Shown: piece after piece, positions 25,411 to 37,002 of the stretch
How the letters are laid out: every line of letters starts with the position of its first letter
How positions within the stretch are numbered: position 1 is the first letter of the stretch
Source of the DNA: Torpedo marmorata
Taxonomy: Eukaryota
Reading direction: 5' to 3'
Assembly (NCBI GenBank): GCA_977017645.1
Contig: OZ360241.1
Location: 73,594,001 to 73,658,000, forward strand
Length of the DNA stretch: 64,000 nucleotides
Notes under the pieces: generated by a model
Database searches by the model: none
Told to the model about the DNA's origin: nothing
The model's input: the letters and a program-made list of their open reading frames with translations, nothing else
Program-made: the position numbers and the translations under genes

Positions 25411-28400
25411 TAATGTGGGTCTGCGCAGGTCTGGAAAGGCCAGGTGCTCCCAGGCAAAAGCCGATGAATCAGATGGTGCAGCCTTTCCAAGACATATGGC
25501 TCCTTTGAGTGCAAATGCCTTGTTGCTTTGAATTGAATGGTTTATGTACCGAGATACAGTGAAAAGCTTTGTTTTGCGTGCTATCCAGGCAGGTCAATCC
25601 ATACTTAACTACAAAAGGTAGTGCAATAATAAAACTGAAGTGTGGGATGTAATGTTACAGTAAGTTCAACAGTGTAGGGTATAGTGTTACAAAGTGAGAG
25701 GTATAGAGAAAAGTACAGTTATAACAGTGCAGGGGCATCATCTTTTAGCAATGAGCAATTTATTTAAGAGTCTGATAACAGCAAGAAAGAAACTGTCCTT
25801 AAATCTGTCAAAGTATGGAGAATTTTGTGTTGGTGCTACCAGGATCTTGATTGAGGAATTTGGGTCAATTTCAGGTTACCCTAAGCACTTGCAAATACAA
25901 GTCTTTGATCAACTGTGTGAAACAGCATCAGCAGACTAGCAGAATTGGACACCTCTCCCAGTGACAGTCAATCACAGGATGTAATATTCTGCACTTCCTC
26001 TCAGCTCAAGGAAAGAAACACAACACCCAACTTCAACATTAAAGTCAAAGAAAATATAATATATTGATAAAGGGAAACCATCCCTCTCCAAACATGTCGG
26101 ATTTACGTTCATTACCAGAATGTGCCAAACTGCAGCCTGAAACTGTGTTTCTAAAGGGAGTGGGGTGTTAATCTGTTAGGGTTATTAGGTACAGTTAATA
26201 AAGCAGATTGTTAGCTATTAGGAAGCACCTATATGAAATGGTGTTGGCACCAAGAGCTGAGATTAATTAAAGGAGAGGGAAAGGGTGGGTGGGGGGGAGG
26301 GGTGGGGGGCAGAGCAGTCGGAATATATTTTTAAGAGTGTTCCACGTTTTATGATTTAACAGAAGCTTTGGATACTGGAAGGAGTTTCACATCCAATGTA
26401 ACAAGCAGTTCCTGAACAGTAATTCCTGCCTACTGGTGTCTGACTCCAGGATCAACCAATCCTACGCGTCTCTTTGTGAAGCAGTGTTGAACATTCCCAT
26501 CCCCTCTGTTCCCCCGCCACCAAAGCTTTCAGCCACCTACCCCACATGATCTCCAGAGCGGGCACCAGGTTGACATAGCAAGAGGTGATAGGAGGGAGAG
26601 GTAAAAAGTGGGCAGAAGAAGGGAGATTGTATGGGGTGGAGTGACGAGGTGAACAGTGGGCGAGAGGGAAACAGGAGGGAGGGTGAAAGGAGAGGGGAAG
26701 TGGAAGGAGGAAAGGCGGAGGGATGCAGAGCAGGAAAATTAAATTCCACTTCTATCTGCAGATTTTTGTTATTTAAACGTAACCAGTTTAAACTGGAGCC
26801 TCCTTAGCAGAACAGCTGCCAAACTGAATTGTTCCATTTATCAGCAGGCGGTTTATGATAAAATTAATTAATAGCTGTGCTGGTGTCGGCTACTTACCTT
26901 TTGGTCAATATATTCAGGGGTCTCCGGAGAACCAGCGTTTGATCCAGTCAGGATTGAAACAACCCAAAGGGTTTCCTCTCCTCTCAATATTTGAGGAAGG
27001 CCCTGATATTAACAAATCCAGGTGCAACATTCAACCGGTGCCTTTGGTGAGGACGCCGAGGTTCTTAAGGTGTAATGCATGTAGCAAGGAAGGCCAGGTC
27101 AATGGGGGAGAAGGCCAGTGTGGAATGGAACTGGTGCCAAGAATGTTTTATTTCAAAGAAATCATCAGCCTAAAATTACATTACGAGTAAATCTAAAACT
27201 TACCTGCCGGAGTATACTCAGTGGTACCTCGCTTAGCACTCTGGACGCATTGCCAGGAGGGAGAATGGGAATGAATCAGCAACAAAATGGGTTATTATAG
27301 GATTATATTTATAGGGAAAGGTGCATGATTGACTGTAATGCTGTGATGGGACCCTGGAGTGAGCTCCTGCAGCAATGAATTGCTCATGGCTTGCCGCCTG
27401 TGATAATTGGTGTTGGACTGGCTGGGACAACCAGTGAGGATGCTCAGCACTGAGACAGGTCTTTGGTCTGGCCCCTGCTGGGCGCAGTGAGTAGCAATTG
27501 GCTATGGCTGCTCCATGTGTCACAAGAACAGAAGAAAAAAGAGCAGGAGTGGGCCATCTGGCCTGTCGAACCTGCCCCGTCATTCAATCAATAAAAAAAA
27601 TCACCTAAAACTTACCTGTGTCCCCTACAGCCATTCCCCTCCATCAAAATGAATGCACCACTGAATCTGAGCCAAGTATCACATGGCATTGATTTAGTGA
27701 CCAGCCTTCCCTGCACAACCACTAGGAACTGCAGCAAATTGGCTCTCAGCCTTTAAACTCCATGAGGAATCCAACATCAGAGATCAGAGACAAGGATCAC
27801 TCAGCAAGTTTGTGATGTTCCCATGAGAGGTTCTCAGAGCTGTTTTGAATTGCCAGTCAGAACCTTCCTACAAAAAAAACGTGCTCTGCAGTCTTCTGGG
27901 AATGTGGATTTTTTTAATGCAGCACTTGATGCATGTATTGATTCTCATCTACTATACTATACTATAATATTGGTGATTAGATTCATGATATAAATGCTTA
28001 TCATACCAGCTGATGATTGATGTGGAAACTACAAAATACAGGGCCTTTCTGGTGAATATCTAATATCTTGAATTCACTGTATTACAATATATTATGTTAC
28101 AACAGAGACACCACTTCAAAAATACCCAGTGGCTGAGAAGTATACAGGAGCAATTCATTGTGAGATCAATTTGCAGCTGGTAGGTTTGGGCAGTGAACTT
28201 TTAGTTCTGAGGAATGATTCCTGTCACTGTTGTATATGAGGGAAGGTACTGTTTCTGACATAGAACCCTTTCATCCACTTCCATTGACTTAGCACTGAAC
28301 ACACCTTCAAACCAACCCCTTCTACTCCTGATGACAGGGCTTAATTACAAGGGTTCCAAATGGCCTCTGATATTTTACCCAGTAGCCTGAGGCCCACTAT

Positions 28401-29834
28401 CTCCAATCAATCATTTTAACAATTGTGGTGAACCATTTAAAACCCTGAGAGTCACGAAACGCAGGCTTGAGTTTCAACAGATTATCTTGCATGTGGGAAC
28501 TACGATTAAGCCTGACCACATGATGAATTAATGGGGAAGGGGGAAGCAGTTCTGTTCAGTTCTCTTCTACCAGAGCAGTCATTAGGAATGGTCAGGAAAA
28601 GGAATTTGATTCCACTTTCCCTTCCATGGTCCAGGGTTACGAGGATAGAATTCTAATGTGTCAGTTCCAATGGTAGGATCCCTGGGCATCACTCACATTG
28701 TGGCGTTGCCAAAAGTACCATAAGCTACACTGTCCCAAATATACCACTCCATTACGTCATTAATACCACTCCAACAGTTCGTACCATTCTTATTGTACTT
28801 CTCCAATAGTACCATCCATTGTACTGCTCCCATTGCAGCCACAGTAATATTGCTGCAACTGTATGGTTCTTACTATACCAATCCATGCATACACTCCAAC
28901 AATACAGAAATTGTACCACTCCAACTGTACTGTCCAACAATCATGCACATTTCTGGCTAAGATAACTGCTCCAAATGTACATTTTAATAATCCCACTTCA
29001 ACTATATTATCCAATTGTTTTGCCTCACAGAACTCACACCACTCCAACAATATGGCTCCATCTCCACTACCCAATAGTAACCTCAGCCACCACCACCCCC
29101 CCCACCCCCCGACCCAACGACACTGAGCCAACAGTGTTACTCAAATCTACTGTTCCAACCTAACCGTACCATTGTGCCAGTACCACTTCAAATATACCAT
29201 CCAAATCCACCACACATCCTGTCCAAACATTTTGCTCTTTCTAGACTTCCAACTGTGGTGCTCCGACTTCAACATCTGAATGTTATTTTCCATTTTTACA
29301 TCAGCTGTAGGACAAAATATACCAATAATTGAGGAGAACCATGGAACTACAGAACTCTACAGCACAGAAACAGACCTTTTGGCCCACTTAGTCCGTGCCA
29401 AACTATTCATTCTGCCTCTTCCGATCAACCTGCACCCAGACTGTACCTCCCATCCATGTAACTATCCAATCTTCTCTTAAATGTCAAAATCGAAATTGTG
29501 TGCTCCAAATGTAACACTTTAACTGTGATACTACTCCACCTGCACCACTCTAGCTGTTGACACCAGTTGTACTGCCCCAATTGCACCAACCCAACGTGAG
29601 CCCCAACTACACTATCCTAATTTCACTGCCCCTAGATACCCGGCTGTATCTCCCCAGCACCACCACTTCAATGACAACTCTCTACTCTTTACTGCTCCAA
29701 CTTCAAGACCAAACTACTTTTCCAACCGTTCAATCCCAATCATAAATCCAACTACTCTGCCCCAATTGCATGCCCTGATTTTAGCCTCCAGTGCTACCTA
29801 ACTGCATTGTCCCACCAGACTGTCACTATGAGTA

Positions 29835-30040
29835 AAATGAAAAAAAAACTGCAGATGCTAAAATCTGAAATAAAGACAGAGAATGCTGGAAACACTCTAC
29901 AGGTTAGGCAGCATCTTTGGGGTGAGGTTGATGACCTTTCCGTTGAAGGATCATTGACCCAAAACGTTAACTCTGTTTCTTTCTCCATGGATGCTTCCTG
30001 ACCTGCTCAGCGTCTCCACCGTGTTTTTGTTTCTATGTGT
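29835..30040. mobile_element. Penelope-derived head-to-head terminal fragment
   Basis: aactgcagatgct...caggttaggcagcatc mirrored by ggatgcttcctgacctgctcagcgtctcca; decayed hammerhead-like gacccaaaacgttaac. Confidence 0.6.
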
Positions 30041-30125
30041 ATCTGTACAACCTCAACCAGCTCACAGCAAATTAACCCAACTCTATCATTCCCACATCAT
30101 TCTTCTAATTGTACCACACCAACTA

Positions 30126-30328
30126 CAGTAAAATCACCATTATCCGGAATTCAAGCAACCGGCAAAAATATCAGGGAAAATAAATAGGTAAAAAATACGA
30201 AAGTTTAAAATCGGTGCCCCCAGTGGTCAGTTCATCAATCCACGCAACACACAATCTCAAGCAACCAGCAAATTCACTATCCGGCATCTACCAATCCCCA
30301 TTGAAGCTGGATTCTGAGGGTTTTACTG
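30126..30328. mobile_element. Small Tigger/pogo-like MITE
   Basis: TA|cagtaaaatcaccattatccgg ... ctggattctgagggttttactg|TA: imperfect TIRs with TA duplication. Confidence 0.8.
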
Positions 30329-30944
30329 TATCTCGTTCTATCTGTAACTCTACATCTCAAAATGTAATGGTGAAAACTGTAGTCACTCCCACCCATCCCA
30401 TCTCATCTGTGTAGGCTGTACCAGTGAACTGCAACTCAAACAGTTACAGTCCATCTGTATGACAATAACTATTCTGCTTCAACAGAAACAGTATCACTTA
30501 CCAGTCTGAGAGTAATCCTGAACTCATTCTGATCCGTATGGCTCAATTTGCATTTACTCGTCAGTGCTGGAGAGAGCTTGCTTACTTTAGGAAATCAATT
30601 TAATACCCTGTTTAAATTTAAACTTGAATAACAAACACGGTCCCTGTGTGAATACAATTTGCAGAACTCATTAAAACTGAGCATGGTTGATCCTAAGACA
30701 AGACATGAGCATATTTTGAAGAAGAATCTGTATAGGTTAGATGTGGAACTCCAGGAAACAAGAATGGATGCAGAAACTGGTACTGTTCAAAAGGGTGCAG
30801 CATGAAGAAGTCCTAAGGGGTACTGGGTAAAATCCGTTGCTAGGTTATAGGCAGGGTTGTCTGATGGGGTTTAAAACAACAACAATCTGTGTAGGTTGGT
30901 TGGGTAGGACCAGCAGGTTTTATTAACAGTTAGTAAAATGCAAG

Positions 30945-30950
30945 CATGCA
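30945..30950 (-). promoter_or_regulatory. UGCAUG (Rbfox-type) motif ~70 nt downstream of microexon meA3
   Basis: Plus-strand catgca reads TGCATG on the transcript. Function is inferred. Confidence 0.5.
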
Positions 30951-31018
30951 TTTTAAGCTATTTGTGACATTAGTCTGGAGAGGGTTTTGTGAATTAGGCT
31001 TCAAAGGCCAATACTTAC

Positions 31019-31027
31019 CAAAGGACT
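31019..31027 (-). CDS. PTPRS: LAR-RPTP mini-exon A3 (9 nt, ESF) within Ig2
   Basis: Minus strand ...gttttctttctttctgttccttaatcttaaag|AGTCCTTTG|gtaagtat; phase-1 reading GAG TCC TTT = ESF (cf. PTPRD ESI, human PTPRS ETF); consensus donor and long polypyrimidine tract. Confidence 0.9.
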
Positions 31028-31973
31028 CTTTAAGATTAAGGAACAGAAAGAAAGAAAACATTATAGAAGACATTATTCAGCTATATAGTCATTGTTATGT
31101 AACATTAAAAAAACGTTAAATATTTTACTTAGGTTCAAACACATTTTTAAACTCGGTTAATTCAATTCATTGTCAGCTTATTTAAATGACTTAGTATATT
31201 ATTTGATTTTGATACTACAGCGAGCAACAAACATTTGCAAAATAGCAAGGATATTGTTAAAATTCAAAGTTCAAAACCATGGCAATAGAGTTCCCTGGAA
31301 CGTTTTAGGAGTTTTACGATTTTAAGGATTATGTGCAGCTCACTGCAGGATGTGAGGTTTAGATTAAACAATTTTATGTTAGTTCCTTTTTTAAAATATG
31401 TTTTATTTGAGCTTAATATAAAGTTAAAGATTTTGATCGGCCAGTTTTATTTTGGCACCATGTACAGTGAAGTACTTGATGACTTTGCCAATGGTTCCAG
31501 TGTGTGGAATAATGCTGCCTGCTCACCTGTACATACCACAACCAGCAGGGACAGCTAAAAGACCTCGGTAAGAATTTCCCTATCTCAACGATTTGTTTCA
31601 ATTTGACACATTGGTCACAGAATGGAATCCCAAATGGGAAAAGAAAACATAAAAGAGATAATAAAAAAACAAGAATAAAACTGAACAAATTAAAAACAAA
31701 TAACTGGAGTTGCAGTTGGCCCAGGGAGAAAGAGCCACTTCAGAGAACATAATGAAAAGAACTGGAGATACAGTCACAGCAGTGAGCAGCATGAATCAAG
31801 GTAGCACTATGCACAGGACAGACAGACAGAATATGACAAGCTATGAGAATGTCACAAACAACAACAGCAGTAACAGCTACACAAAGGCCTTCCGGTTCCA
31901 CATTGTCTTTTAAAGAAGCAGAGTCATCATTTTTTGCATCGGTCGGTAATATCTCGTTCATTCCAGCTCCTAC

Positions 31974-32159
31974 CTGACCGCAACTGTTTGATGCGTGTGC
32001 TGGAGCTGGGATCGACAGGCAAGAAGTCTTTGAACCAGGTGATCTCGGGGTCCGGGTTCCCACTGGCGGCACACAGCATGGTGGCCGTACGCGTGCGCTC
32101 CACCACCTTCAGCTGGGGGCCCATGTCGATGTTGGGGAAACCTGAGGGCAATTGGTCCT
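31974..32159 (-). CDS. PTPRS: Receptor-type tyrosine phosphatase S exon (186 nt), first half of Ig domain 2
   Basis: tttcccccttcttgcttgcag|AGGACCAA...CGGTCAG|gtagga; translates [62 protein letters not shown]; [12 protein letters not shown] and VDPS are PTPRS-type. Confidence 0.96.
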
Positions 32160-32221
32160 CTGCAAGCAAGAAGGGGGAAACCATCAGAGCACTGAAAATC
32201 ATCCACACTTCTCACTGAAAC

Positions 32222-32580
32222 CAGATTCCGATTTCAGATTTATTGTCAGAGTACATACATGACATCACATACAACCCTCAGATACTTTTTTCTGCGGGCC
32301 AGGCAGAATTACCACTTATTGTTGTGCAAAAAAACTGTACACAGCGTAAACATGTAAACAATAAAGAACCATACCTTCCATCTACACTTCCCGTTTCTTT
32401 GGAGAATCAGCCATCATATTAAAAGACTCATCCCACCCCGGCCACACTCTCTTCACCCTCCTCCCATCGGAAAGAAGATTCACGAGTGTGAGATCACGCA
32501 CCACCAGATTCTTTCCCGCTGTTATCAGATTCCTGAATGAACCTCACATGACTAAGAGTTGCCTTTGCTCCGTACCAACT
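32222..32580. mobile_element. Two Rex1/Babar-type 3' fragments in opposite orientations
   Basis: 32222-32365 is the minus-strand tail atttcagatttattgtcagagtacatac shared with 42544, 57933 and 63108; 32370-32580 is a plus-strand 'KDSSHPGHTLFTLLPSE' piece. Confidence 0.65.
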
Positions 32581-32599
32581 GACTTGATTCTGTAACTCT

Positions 32600-33135
32600 C
32601 CCACTATTTCAATTGCGCACACCATAGCCACACTGACGTGTCTGTCCATGGCCTCATGTACTTCCAAATCAAGGCCACCCACAAATTGGAGGAACAAAAC
32701 CTTATATTCCATCTCGGCAGTCTCCAACAAGATGGCATTAATATTGACCTCCAATTTCCCCTCCCCCAGTCTCTCTCTTTCCCTAGTCCTCTGTCTCCTT
32801 TACTCCAGCTCCTCACCCCCTTCCTTATCTCCTCAGAGAGGGTGACCCTTCTTACCCCTCTGCCCTCTCCCCATCACTTCTCAGCTTCTTTCTCTTCTAC
32901 CCTCCCATCTATATCCACTTATTACCTCTTACCTGTTAGCCTGTGCTCCTTCCCCTGCCCCTTCCTCCTCCCTATCATCTCCTCTTCCACCTTTTGCCTA
33001 CCTATTTATTCAGGTGTCTACCTGTTTTCCCTGATTCCTGGCCAAGAGCCCAGGCCCGAAATGTTGGTTACCTTTCCCTTCCTATGGACGCTGCGTGACC
33101 TTCTGTGTTTCTCCAGCACTTTTGTGTATTGCTCA
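32600..33135 (+). mobile_element. Penelope-like element 3' part (GIY-YIG C-terminus plus terminal repeat)
   Basis: ORF SVHGLMYFQIKATHKLEEQNLIFHLGSLQQDGINID, CT-rich tract, then caggcccGAAAtgttggtta...tttctccagcacttttgtgtatt. Confidence 0.75.
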
Positions 33136-34049
33136 CCATTTCCGTACTGTGCCTTACTTGTTGAACCATGTCTGCCGTACTATGTATGAGATGTACAGCT
33201 GGAGTGCTCGCAAATCAAACTCTCGCACTGCATCTTGATCCATGTGACAATAACCTTGAACTTAAAATTTCACTGGGGCTAGAAAGTCTCAATTCTAGCA
33301 ATGTGCAAGAAACCCAATGTCATCCAGGACAAAGCAGGCTTCAGTGGCAGAGTGCACTTAGGAAATGCACACAGCTACTCACTAATGCTGATCTGACAAC
33401 TACTCCTGAGCCTGCAACCTCTACCATCAGAAAGGATGAGACACCAGATGTTTGGGAATATCACTGCTTGTTGGTTTCTCTCCAAATCACACACTATTAT
33501 GATTCAGAAACATTTAAAGTTATTCTTTCAACATCTTGGATCTAGCACCTACAGCTGCATCCACACCAGCACTGTGGGTGTACCTTCTAATAAACAATAA
33601 GATCTAGGGCTGTATACAAAAGTGCTGGGGAAACTCAGCAGATCATGCAGCATACCTTTGGCACTTTGACTCCACACCGACCATCAAGCATCCACTTATA
33701 CCATTATTCTTCCCACATTCCCATCAACTCCTCCCAGATTCGACCACTCACCTACAAATTAAGGTTAAATCAGTGCCCAATTAACAATAAATGCTGACCT
33801 TGCTAACAAACACCCAGGTCCATCTATAAAAAAGTCTCTGAGGATGAGAAGCTACTTGGTACAAAGACTAAAAGAGGAAAGCATTGAAGATTTCTCTGGA
33901 AAATGTTTAAACCGGGCACAGGGAGGGAGGAACGAAGTGTGATGATGAAAAGAGAAGGCAGAGTGCCGGAGAGTTGAGAATGAGCCCAGGTACGATTTGA
34001 TGAGAGGTGCTTCACTGCCTCTGCGGCAGCGCTACAGAGGCATAGCTTG

Positions 34050-34360
34050 GAACAGCACGGAAACAGGCCCTTCAGCCCATTGACTCCACGCTGACCATCA
34101 AGCACCCACTTATACCCGCATTATTCCCGCATTCCCATCAACACCTCCCAGATTCGACCACTCACCTACAAATTAGGGTGAAATCACAGTGTCCAATTAA
34201 CCCACCAACCTGCACGTGTCTGGGGCATAGGAGGAAGTCTCAGCACCCAGGGGAAACCCCACAGAATTATGGGGAGAACGTACAAATGCCTCACAGATAA
34301 TGGTTCGGATGAACTCCAGAGACCAGTGAGGCTGCAGCTCTACTAACTGTGCCAGGGCGT
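34050..34360 (-). mobile_element. tRNA-derived SINE; part of it is repeated at ~33665-33790
   Basis: acagcacggaaacaggcccttcagccc 3' end and gggagaacgtacaaa V-domain; ~120 nt closely matched upstream. Confidence 0.6.
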
Positions 34361-35275
34361 CACGCTGAGGTGGTCGAACAAGGCTACTTGTGGACGTTAT
34401 ATTCCTCACCATCTTCTCCGTACCAAAGAGGCATCTTCCTCTTGGCCTGCTCATCACAACTCTAATGTGGAGAACAGCAGGTTAACAACTGTGTTGTTGG
34501 CTCCAACATGCCCATTTCATACAGTGCTCAAAAGAGCTGGGGAAACACAGCAGGTCATGCAGTATCCATGGAAATAATAAGCAGTCGATGTTTGGGGTTG
34601 AGCTGAAGGGCTGAGCTGCCCATGGATGCTGCTGAGTTTCCCCAACACTTCCATGTATGGCACTAGACCCCAGCATCTGCACACATCTTGTTTATCTCAC
34701 TAAAGGGAAGGTTTTTGTCCATTGGAATTCCATGGAATGGAAGAGACTCGGAAAGGGTTTCATTAACTCAAATGTATTGAACAGGGGTGAATGAGAAATG
34801 GCAGACATCTGCAGACTTCTTGTTTACTTCCATTTCACCACTTGTTTATGCCTGTATAAAAGAATGTTAGCACAGACATCATGGACTAAAGAGCCTCTTC
34901 CTGCACTGTACTGTTCTATGTTCTATGAATAAAGCTCAAGAACATAACTTTTCAAAGATTCCCTGACACACCATCAATTATAGCAGCTCGCTACAACACA
35001 CATTTCTCTCTCCAAAACTTATAATGTATTATAAACACCTCCACTGTCACAGAGCAGAAATTAGTGTCTGCATGAGATGATGCAAATGCTTGATCTGAAG
35101 ATATTCAAGATGGAAGTGGGAATGGTAAGCAGACCCAACTGTTCCCAGAAGCAATAAAATATCAACGTTTAATCAACGTTCCCCAGAGTGAAAAATATTC
35201 TTGAAAATTAAGATTACCATTTTCAATTAAATTAGTAGAGAAATAAACAGGTCAAAAGACTGATGGGGCTACTGC

Positions 35276-35413
35276 NNNNNNNNNNNNNNNNNNNNNNNNN
35301 NNNNNNNNNNNNNNNNNNNNNNNNNNNNNNNNNNNNNNNNNNNNNNNNNNNNNNNNNNNNNNNNNNNNNNNNNNNNNNNNNNNNNNNNNNNNNNNNNNNN
35401 NNNNNNNNNNNNN
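35276..35413. other. Assembly gap (138 N)
   Basis: Run of N. Confidence 1.
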
Positions 35414-36419
35414 ACAGTCATCCCATCACCTTGCCTCTGTTACTGTTATCTCCGTCACCTCTTCCACATCACTGTGGACTTTGTCACAGGAACCAACAGG
35501 CACAGGGAAGCGGACTGGGAAAATGAGGAGAAAATAAATACAGGAATTAGGACAGGGTGGATAATAAATAAACGGGTGAAGGAAAAAGCCTAGAAAATCC
35601 GAGATGTGATATCAACAAATATTGCTCAATATTTCAGTGAGGCACTAACTTGTGCACAGAGTAAAGATAAATATTACCCTGCTGAATGCCAACAGTATTT
35701 TTGAAATATCAGAGAAAAGTCATCATAAAGTAAGGGATTGGGAGGGAGAAGTAATGGATTCTCAGTTTGCTCTTTGGAATAAAAGAATTTCCCAGCGATC
35801 TGACAGAGCAGATGTTTAATTCAAAAAGATATCCACTCTTGATTTTCCTCCACTACCTCACACTCTCTGGTACATGGGAACATTAGTCAAATGGGTACCA
35901 AGTCACGCTAGTGCAACTCCAACCTATGACACTCAGTGCCATTTGTGGCAGAACAGTTCTCTTGAACGACGTCCATGGCCAACCTAACGTTCATTCTCTC
36001 ATTGCGGGCACACAGTGGCTACAAAGCAGCCATTTACAAAAATCAATGCAGCTTACTCACCCAGGTTGCTCCTGCACCTCACAACCAGAGCATCAGGTGC
36101 ATCGGAACACTCTACCCCCAGGATCCTCTAAAGGCCATGCACCTTCCTGATTTGGAAGCATATTGCAGGTCATGGAGTCATACAGTACGGAAACCGGCCC
36201 TTCGACCCACATGCCCACGCCAACCAAAATGTCCCACCCACACTCGTGAAGCCTGCCTGCATTTGCCCCATATGCCTCTAAACCTATCCTATCTATGTAT
36301 CCGTCCAATTTTGCAATTGTCCTTCATCCTGAACTCACAGCACAACAGTATTGTGGGTGTTCTTGCTTACATTTTGCTTAAATGGGGCTCAATGAATTAC
36401 TGTGGAGCCCTACAAACCA

Positions 36420-37002
36420 TCATGCAGCATCTTTGACTTATTATCATCAGGAAGGAGGTACAGGAGGATGAAAATCAGGACTGCCAGGCTGGGAAATGGC
36501 TTTTTCAGAGTGAAGCATCATCCACGAGGTACCATGGCTAGAAGGTATCACTACCATAGAGTGAACTGTACAAACACCTACACACAACACCCTGATGCAG
36601 ATATAACTTCTGTTCTTCCACATCATATGGTCAAAGGACAGCTATTCCTCAATAAGAGATCAATTTGTTAATCTGATATGGGCTTTTGTCAATGACAAAG
36701 TTTCCTTCCCAGCAGCACTAAAAGAGCGATTATCCCTATTATAAACCTCTTTATAATTTTTCCCGCAGGCTGTGAGATTGATGAATGGTATCCTGTACCT
36801 TGGATCTCTTATAAATGAAACAAGTAAGTTATTCAAAAATATTTATATATATTTATTTTACATTATATCTTTATGTATATATGTGATTATTATGTGATGT
36901 GTATTATCTGTGTGAGTGTGTGTGTGCGCACCGTGGTCTGGAGAAATGCTGTTTCGTTGGGTTGTACATGTACAGTCAAATGATAATAAACTTGAACTTG
37001 TA
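36420..37002 (+). mobile_element. Rex1/Babar-type 3' fragment interrupted by a ~250-bp insert
   Basis: 'SIFDLLSSGRRYRRMKIRTARLGNGFF' breaks at 36506 and resumes at ~36758 (ttcccgcaggctgtgagattgatga), compared with the uninterrupted copy at 41810-42095. Confidence 0.75.

Larger units (their letters stand above)
28715..30480. repeat. Degenerate low-complexity satellite built on a ~14-nt motif like ctgtaccactccaa
   Basis: Many recurrences of (g)tacca(c/t)tccaa(c) and aactgta, interrupted by CR1, Penelope and MITE insertions. Confidence 0.6.

Noticed and set aside
26898-27002. Candidate 105-nt cassette or poison exon on the minus strand with strong AAG|gtaagt donor
   Set aside because: The acceptor has a poor pyrimidine tract, the phase-1 frame hits TGA and there is no similarity to LAR-family peptides; it cannot be supported without RNA data.
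27195-27620. Two cag|gtaagt motifs resembling recursive splice sites
   Set aside because: Neither has an upstream polypyrimidine tract on the transcribed strand.
30495-30525. Possible extra microexon (ctctcag ACTG gtaagtg)
   Set aside because: Possible lengths of 4 or 16 nt break the frame and the upstream sequence is purine-rich.
31974-32159. Assignment to PTPRD or PTPRF
   Set aside because: Diagnostic residues in both constitutive exons match PTPRS as I recall the paralogues; only meA6 is PTPRD-like.
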